41,959 nt of DNA, taken from contig NC_057754.1 of assembly GCF_004010195.1 (NCBI RefSeq), positions 740,285 to 782,243 on the forward strand, written 5' to 3'. The position numbers and the translations under genes are program-made. This document shows, one piece after another, positions 35,241-41,959 of this stretch. Every line of letters starts with the position of its first letter. Position 1 is the first letter of the stretch. The notes beneath the pieces were generated by a model that worked only from the letters and a program-made list of their open reading frames with translations, was not told the origin of the DNA and did not search any database. This DNA comes from Chiloscyllium plagiosum (lineage: Eukaryota).

Positions 35241-36364
35241 CATTTTCCTGCACACCCATCTCTAATCTGTGTCATTAATCCATTTGGATGTTTAATCTTT
35301 TAAAAATATATTTCTGAAATATACCCTTCAAATCACTTAGCCAATCAAAAGAGGGACAGAACAAATTCTGCTCTTTATGAACCAGCTGTCTTTGCTTCCT
35401 CTTGCATGTTTCACAAGCACAGGGTCCTTATCTCCTTTTCTCAGTTAGGTGTTTTTCATTGTCCCAGAGTTGTCCTCTGCCATGTGTTTTAAGTGCTGGG
35501 GAATGGCTCTGGACCCTCCTCTCTCGCATTCTTTGAGATAACTTGCCTCAGGAGTAACACCTTTCTCTGAATTGCCTCTCATCAAAGTTGAAAACTCACT
35601 GGAAAGCTGCATCCTCACAAATGGTGGATTCCTAAAGGAGAATTCCAAATCAACACCTCCTTCACCAGAAAGTGAATTCAGCCAGCTTAACTGATCCAGG
35701 AAGACATCCCAGTACCAATAGCCTGCTTGCAAAATTACATTTAATACACTATGGAATTTTATATTTTTATCCCCAGGCGATGAGTCTGCACATGTTCATG
35801 TGTGTCCTCATTGAATGATGGAACAGGCTCGGGGCTGTATGGACTACTCCTGTTCCAATATAAATATTGATGCAATTTAAACCTGGTTAATAAACCTTAC
35901 ACCAAAATTGAGAAAGGTTTGCAGTTCTTTATTTGTTACTAGATATGTTGGTAGTTCTCAACAACACTTCCCTTTTTGTTGTGACCAATGACATGGGTCA
36001 AGAAGAGATATTTCTTCACTTCTCATAATCCTAACTCGGAACAGTAACATTAGTTAAGGGAAATCACATGCATTTTAGATGGAGCATTATTTCTTTTTAA
36101 TTCATCAGCTGGGAACATGAATTGAACTTTTAAAAACAGACATTCAAAACACAAAGCCTAAAAGAAACATGAGATCACAGCCCAAGACACCTACCCAAAT
36201 TGCAGTATGGTACACTCACCATTCTAATCCATTAGGCTGAAAGGTTTGCCAAACCAGCAAGACATTGAAGTCCTGGGGAATGTATAGGACCTGCATCTCC
36301 AGTCCCATTAACAAAGCATTGAAAGAATCACCTGAGCCATTCAATTGTATGAGGTGAACCATTA

Positions 36365-36792
36365 AAACTGACTCATTTACCTGGCTGGTGCATCTCCAAC
36401 AGCATTGAAGAAACTTGACACCATTCAGGACAAAGCAGCCTGCCTCCACCACCACCAACATTCAGTGCTACGATCCATGAGATGCACTGCAGAGATTCAC
36501 CAAAGATTCTTAGACAGCACTTTCCAAACCTATGATCACTTCCATCCAGAAGGACAAGGGCAGCAGTTAGATAGGAACACCAGTTCCCTTCCAAGACACT
36601 CATCATCCTGATTGTGAAATATATCACCATTCCTTCAGTGTCACTGTTTCAAAATCCTGGAATTCCCTCCCTAAGGGCATTGTGGGTCTTCCCACAGCAC
36701 ATGGACTGCAGTGGTTCAAGTAAGCAACTAGGGATGGGCAGTAAATACTGGACCAGCCAGCGATGCCCACGTCCCATGAGTGAATAATAAAA
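36365..36792 (+). mobile_element. Second CR1-like LINE family 3' end
   Basis: LKKLDTIQDKAACL, SKSWNSLP; ends gccagcgatgcccacgtcccatgagtgaataataaaa. Confidence 0.82.
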
Positions 36793-37675
36793 TTTAGACA
36801 AATGGCATTGTGGCTCAGAGAGCATCCCAGGCATGATCAAACCAAATTCCAATTTCATTTAGAAAGATAAAGTGGAGAATAAGAATTTACCAGGCTATTT
36901 TTAAGTGTGTGATGATTCCGCAACAGCACATAACTTTTGCTGAAACTGAATTTTGATATTTATGAGAGTAGGTGCCTTTGGGCTGGAAAAGAAGAAGCAT
37001 GTATGTTGGCATAAGTTGGCAGCAGTGTCACAGAATAGAGAGACTGAGAGCAACAGATTTCTCCAGAAGCCTGCAAACAAGTTGGATCTCTCCCTCTGTC
37101 TCCACCTGCAATTGGAAAAGAAACAGGAAAAAAAACTTAAGTCAAGCCAAGACCTAGTTCTAAATGACCTGCCCTGAATCAAGGATCACTGCAGTCAACA
37201 ATATTGCAAGATTGTCGTGGTTTGGACTCAGTCCACAAACTTTATATTTCTGAAAAGTTGTTCATCTCTTTTGCTTTGACTTTCCTATCTGTGAATGGAT
37301 GTGTGAGCGTTTGGATTTTAAAGTGGGCATAGTCTAAGTTTGCATATATAAGAGAATGTTTGATAAATAAGAAATTGTTGATTTGTTTATTAATGAAATA
37401 TGCAGTGAGCTAATGAAATCTCACTGGGAAGAGCAGTAGGTATCAAGCTCCATTATTCCCAGAATCATCAGAATAATTCAGTATTTTAAAAATTTGTAGA
37501 GTTCCCCAATTTCTCTCTCTTTGGATGACAGAAAGCATAGACCAGGTTTCTGTACTGAAACAAAATCAAGAGATTATATAATTACATGGAAACAACTCTG
37601 AATCATTGTCATGTAACTCACCTAATTAAAACTTCACCCTTTATAAACTCATGCTCCACACATACTCAGAGAAAC

Positions 37676-38160
37676 ACCCTCTGACAGTGCCCACTCCCTC
37701 AGCACTGACACTCCAACAGTGCGGTACTCCTTCAGCACTGACCCTCTGACAGTGCCTACTCCCTCAGCACCAACCCTTTAACAGTTCGGCGCTCCCTCAG
37801 CACTGACCCTCCAACAGCACAATTCTCCCTCAGCACCAACCCTCCAACAGCACAGTGCTCCCTCAGCACTGACCCTTTGATAGCGCCTGCTCCTTCAGCA
37901 CTGACCCTCTACTGCCTATTCCCTTAGCACTGACCCTCTGACAGCGTCTACTCCCCCAGCACTGACCCTCTGACAGCGCCTACTCCCCCAGCACTGACCC
38001 TCTGACATTGCCTATTCCCTTAGCACTGACCCTCTGACAGCGCCTACTCCCCCAGCACTGACCCTCTGACACTGCCTACTCCCTCAGCACTGACCCTCCG
38101 AAAGCACCTGTTCCCTCAGCACTGACCCTCTGACAGAATGGTGCTCCTCAGCACTGACCC
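37676..38160 (+). repeat. 32-bp minisatellite, about 15 degenerate copies
   Basis: Unit accctctgacagtgcctactccctcagcactg. Confidence 0.95.
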
Positions 38161-39669
38161 ACATACAGATGGACACAGACAGAAAACTAACTTTGGTGTT
38201 ACAGTTGAAGGCAGTTCTAAGGCCCCAACCTCAGGGTTCACTGTGAAGATTGTTCGGATTGCCAGGGTTCGCTGGTTTTCAATCTCCTTTCTACAGGTTT
38301 ATTTCACTTCTTCACAGGAGGCACAAGCTGACTAGTACATTCACTGCAAAGTCTCTCTGTTACTGTTTAAAGCCAAAGCTTACAACAACTGGTGAGGAAT
38401 AGTAAACTGGCTTTCTACAGCTTTTAAGTATTTTTCTGGAGAGAAAGACACACCAGCTTCCCTGCCTGATGTCCTGAAGCTTCTGCTAGTATCATTCACA
38501 CCCACAAGCTGTTCCTCAGACCATAATATATAGGAGAATTAGGCCATTCATCCCACTGAGTCTTCCTTGCCAATCAATCATGGTTAATACGTTTCCCAAG
38601 CCCATTCTCCTGCCTTCTCCCCATAATCCTTGGTCACCTTACTATTCAAGAATCTACCTACCTCTGCATTAAGTATACTCAATGACTTGGCCTACACAGC
38701 CCTCTGCAGCAATGAGTGCCAAGGATTCATCACCCTCTGGCTGAAGAATCTCCTCCTCATCTCTGTTCTAAAGGTCATCTATTCACTCTGAGGCTGTGCC
38801 CCCGAGTCCTAGTATCTACTACTAGTGGAAACATCTTCTCTACATCCACACTACCCAGGCTTTTCAATATTCTGTAAGTTTCAATCCAATACCCCTCATC
38901 CTTCTAAACTCCATCAAGTATAGACCCACAGTCCTTAACCACTCCTCATATGACAATACTTCAACCTGGGATCATTCTTGTAAACCTCGTCTGGCCACCC
39001 CCTCCAATGCCAGCACATCCTTTCTGAGATAGAGCCCAAACTGCTCACAATATTTCAAATGCAGTCTGACCAGAGCCTTACACAGCCTCAGCAGCACATC
39101 TCTGCTCTTCTATTCTAGCCTTCTTGAAATGAATGTCAACATTGCATTTGCCTTCCTAACTGCCAAATGAACCGGTATGTTAACCTTAAGAGAATCCTGA
39201 ATTAGGACTTCCAAGTCCATTTGTGCTTCAGATTTCTGAAGCCTTTCCCCATTTATAAAGTAGTGTACTCCTCTAATCTTCCTACCAAAATGTACAATTT
39301 TCCCACATTGTATTCCATCTCCTAGACTGTCCAGATCCTTCTGCAGCCTCCCCAATTGCTCAACACTACCTGCCCTTCCACCTATCTTTGTGTCATCTGG
39401 AAACTAAGCAACAAAGCCCTCAGTCCCTTTGATCAGATCATTAACGTATAACATGAATAGTTTTGATCCCAACACTGAATTCTGCAGAATTCCACTAGTC
39501 ATTGGCTGCCATCCTGAAAAAGATGCCTTTATCCTCACTCTCTGCTTTCTGCCAGTGAGCCAATCCTTTATCCATGCCCAAACCTGTCCCAACACCATGG
39601 GCTCCTATCTTATTTAGCAACTTGCTGAACTGCACCTTGTCAAAGACCTTTTGGAAGTCAAAATAGATC

Positions 39670-40486
39670 ATGGAAGGTCATGTTGCAGCTGTACAGGACA
39701 TCAGTTAGACCACTTTTGGAATACTGTGTTCAGATTAGATTCCCTACAGTGTGGAAACAGGCCCTTCAGCCCAACAAGTCCACACCGACTCTCCAGGCCC
39801 TTCAGCCCAACAAGTCCACACCGACTCTCCAAAGAGTAATCCACCCAGACTCATTTCCCTCTGACTAATGCACCTAACACTATGGGCAATTTAGCATGGC
39901 CAATTCACCTAACCTGCACATCTTTGGACTGTGGGAGGAAACCTACACAGACACAGGGAGAATGTGCAAACTCCACACAGACAGTCACCCAAGGCTGGAA
40001 TTGAACCTGGGTCCCTAGCGCTGTAAAGCAGCAGTGCTAACCACTGCACCACCGTGGTCACCATACTGTTTTGGGGGGGTTTGAGCTAAAGGAAGAGGCT
40101 GAATAGGCTGGGGCTATATTCCGTGTGTTGAAGGCTGAGAGCTGACCTTATAGAAGTTTATAAGGTCAAATGGGCATGGATAGAGTGAACAGCCAAGGTC
40201 TTTTCTGCAGGGTAGTGGGTTCCAAAATTAGAGGGCATAGGTTGAAAGTGAAAGGGAAATATTTAAAAGGGGCCTAACGGGTAACATTTTCACACAGAAG
40301 GTGGTGCATGTATAAAACGAGCTACCAGAGGCTGGCACAATTACAACATTTAAAAGGCGTCTGGATATTTATGAATAGGAAGCGTTTAGAGGGATATGGG
40401 CCAAAAGCTGGTAAATGGGACTAGATTAGGTTAGGATAACTAGACAAGTTGGACCAAAGATGCTGCACATCTCCATGACTCTATGA
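39670..40486 (+). mobile_element. CR1 3' portion hosting a SINE
   Basis: MLQLYRTSVRPLLEYCVQ; tail ccatgactctatgac. Confidence 0.85.
39732..40055 (-). mobile_element. HE1-type V-SINE with internal 36-bp tandem duplication
   Basis: caggcccttcagcccaacaagtccacaccgactctc at 39758-39793 and 39794-39829; B box GGTTCAATTCC on the minus strand. Confidence 0.9.
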
Positions 40487-40869
40487 CAATTGGATCGCTT
40501 TTGTTTAACTTGCTTGTGACCTCCTCAAATAGTTCTAACAGATTTATCATGCATGACCTCCTCTGGACAAAACTGCTGACTCAGTTCAATTTACCGAGCA
40601 CTTTCAAGTCCTCCACAATCTCACCCTTAATAATGGATTCTAAAATCTTACCAATGATCAAGGTCAAGCTAACCAGACTATCGTTTGTCAATGTCTGCAC
40701 CTCCTCCCTTCTTAAACATGGGTATTAGATTAACCATTTTCCAATCCTCTGGGACCCTCCCTGACTCCACTGATTCCGAAAAGACCACCACCAATAACTC
40801 CATCATCTTCTGCAGAAACCTGGGGCATGGTCCATCTGATCCAGGTGATTTATCTGCCTTCAGCCTTTT

Positions 40870-41150
40870 CAGAGAGGGGAGGGGAAATGGAGAAGGTGAA
40901 GGGCAGAGGAAAGAGGGTGTTGGGTAAGTGAGGGGCAAAGTGAGTGAGGACAAGACAAGGGGCTGGATGAGTGCAGGGAGCAGATGTGAAGGGAGGACAG
41001 GTAAGGAATGAGTGCTGGGAGTAAGGCAGAGGCAGCATGAGGTGGGGGGAACAGTGGATGATTTGAGGGGTGTGAGAAGATGGATAGTGAGGGGATGAGT
41101 GGGGAGAGTGAGGTGAGGGAGAGTGAGGTGAGGGTTAGTGAAGGAAGGAA
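40870..41150 (+). repeat. Purine-rich (G/A) low-complexity tract
   Basis: gagagtgaggtgaggg-type repeats with strong strand asymmetry. Confidence 0.7.
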
Positions 41151-41760
41151 CAGTCGGCACTGATTCTCCTCCCTCCCTCTCAGTGAGCCGGCTGTTTGCT
41201 ATCTCCAGCCTGGGCTCAGAGTTCTCTGTTTGTGTCTCGGTGTTTGTGGTTGTCTCTATCACATGGGCTGCGGGCCGTGCTGCTGATTGGGCGGCGGTAC
41301 GGTGCCTTTCATCAGTTTCACTGGGATCTTCCTGTTCCCCGGAGTTGCCAATGTGGACGGGCAGTGAGCGGTGTTTGATAGAGACACGGAACTGCTGGCG
41401 CTCGCTATGGACAGTCTGGGTGAGTGAGTGAGTGACAGAGCGGGGGTGGGGGACTCCGGGCCGACCCTCTCCGAGCTTCACCCCCCACCCCCCCCCCCCC
41501 CGTGCTGCCCAGTCAGCCTCTGACCAGCCTCACGTCCTGATCCAGGGACCCCCAGCCCCCAGCCCCCAGTGCAGCACACCCTCCGTCAGGAGACGGAGAC
41601 ACCGCGATTCCTGTTCCTGGGCGGGTCAAAACAACTTTTAATTTGACTTGAAGTCAATTGCATTCTCTGAATTACTGTCGCTTCCTTCCTTTCCAGAGGG
41701 TCACTCGCCCCCTTCCCTCCCCCAGCCAGCTTCCCGAACGTTCCGAGCTCTCGGTATTCA
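41150..41760. promoter_or_regulatory. CpG-island-like promoter, possibly bidirectional
   Basis: Marked CpG enrichment against a CpG-poor window; CTGATTGG 41283-41290, GGGCGG 41289-41294, CCAAT 41348-41352. Confidence 0.65.
41407..41419 (+). CDS. Putative first coding exon end (MDSL, phase 1) of an unidentified gene continuing beyond the window
   Basis: gctATGGACAGTCTGG|gtgagt: ATG with G at -3 and +4, then a consensus donor at 41420; an upstream ATG at 41351 is also open to the same donor in phase 0. Confidence 0.4.
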
Positions 41761-41862
41761 GACCTGTCAAAGCCCCTGTTTCAGAGGCTCGGATTGGGAA
41801 CATACAGCAGGCTCTGCGCTTAACCTCACGTTAGCACCAACAACAATCAATGCTTTCGCGCA

Positions 41863-41959
41863 GAGGGAGTGCTGCACTGTCGGAGGGTCAGTGCTGAGGG
41901 AGTGCCGCACTGTCGGAGGGTCAGTGCTGAGGGAGTGCTGCACTGTCGGAGGGTCAGTG
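41863..41959 (-). repeat. 32-bp minisatellite, same family as 37676-38160, inverted, running off the window
   Basis: gagggagtgc(t/c)gcactgtcggagggtcagtgct, three copies. Confidence 0.95.

Larger units (their letters stand above)
38518..40870 (-). mobile_element. CR1 LINE RT to 3' end, interrupted at about 39670-40485
   Basis: LKADKSPGSDG..VPEDWKMVNLIPMFKKG; WIKDWLTGRKQRV; tail agaccataatatataggagaattaggccattc. Confidence 0.85.

Noticed and set aside
36850..37480. Possible additional solo LTR (also about 38190-38510)
   Set aside because: Composition is suggestive but no termini, TSD or second copy support a call
37676..38160. CRISPR-like 32-bp periodic array
   Set aside because: Units are contiguous with no unique spacers, there are no cas genes, and the context is vertebrate; it is a minisatellite
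40678..41481. 267-aa minus-strand ORF
   Set aside because: Chance read-through of CpG island, low-complexity tract and a CR1 RT fragment

Overview
Eukaryotic, repeat-dense genomic DNA, inferred from its repeat families to be cartilaginous fish (shark-like): HE1-type V-SINEs, CR1/HER1-type LINEs and DeuSINE-like fragments. Nearly the whole window is nested, decayed retroelements: many CR1 copies, an ancient RTE-clade LINE spread over about 7 kb, a second CR1-like family, an L2 fragment, LTR-like segments, a hAT-like MITE and two minisatellite types. There are two N gaps. No intact protein-coding gene is visible. A CpG-rich promoter-like region with a probable first exon lies at about 41.15-41.7 kb. 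The most notable system is three distinct Penelope-like element (PLE) families. Two show complete minimal hammerhead ribozyme cores (CUGANGA-stem II-GAAA-palindrome-UH) and the third shows the 3' half. Several occur as short fold-back insertions with 11-13 bp target duplications. Family names come from motif recognition only; no database search was run, and boundaries of old elements are approximate.
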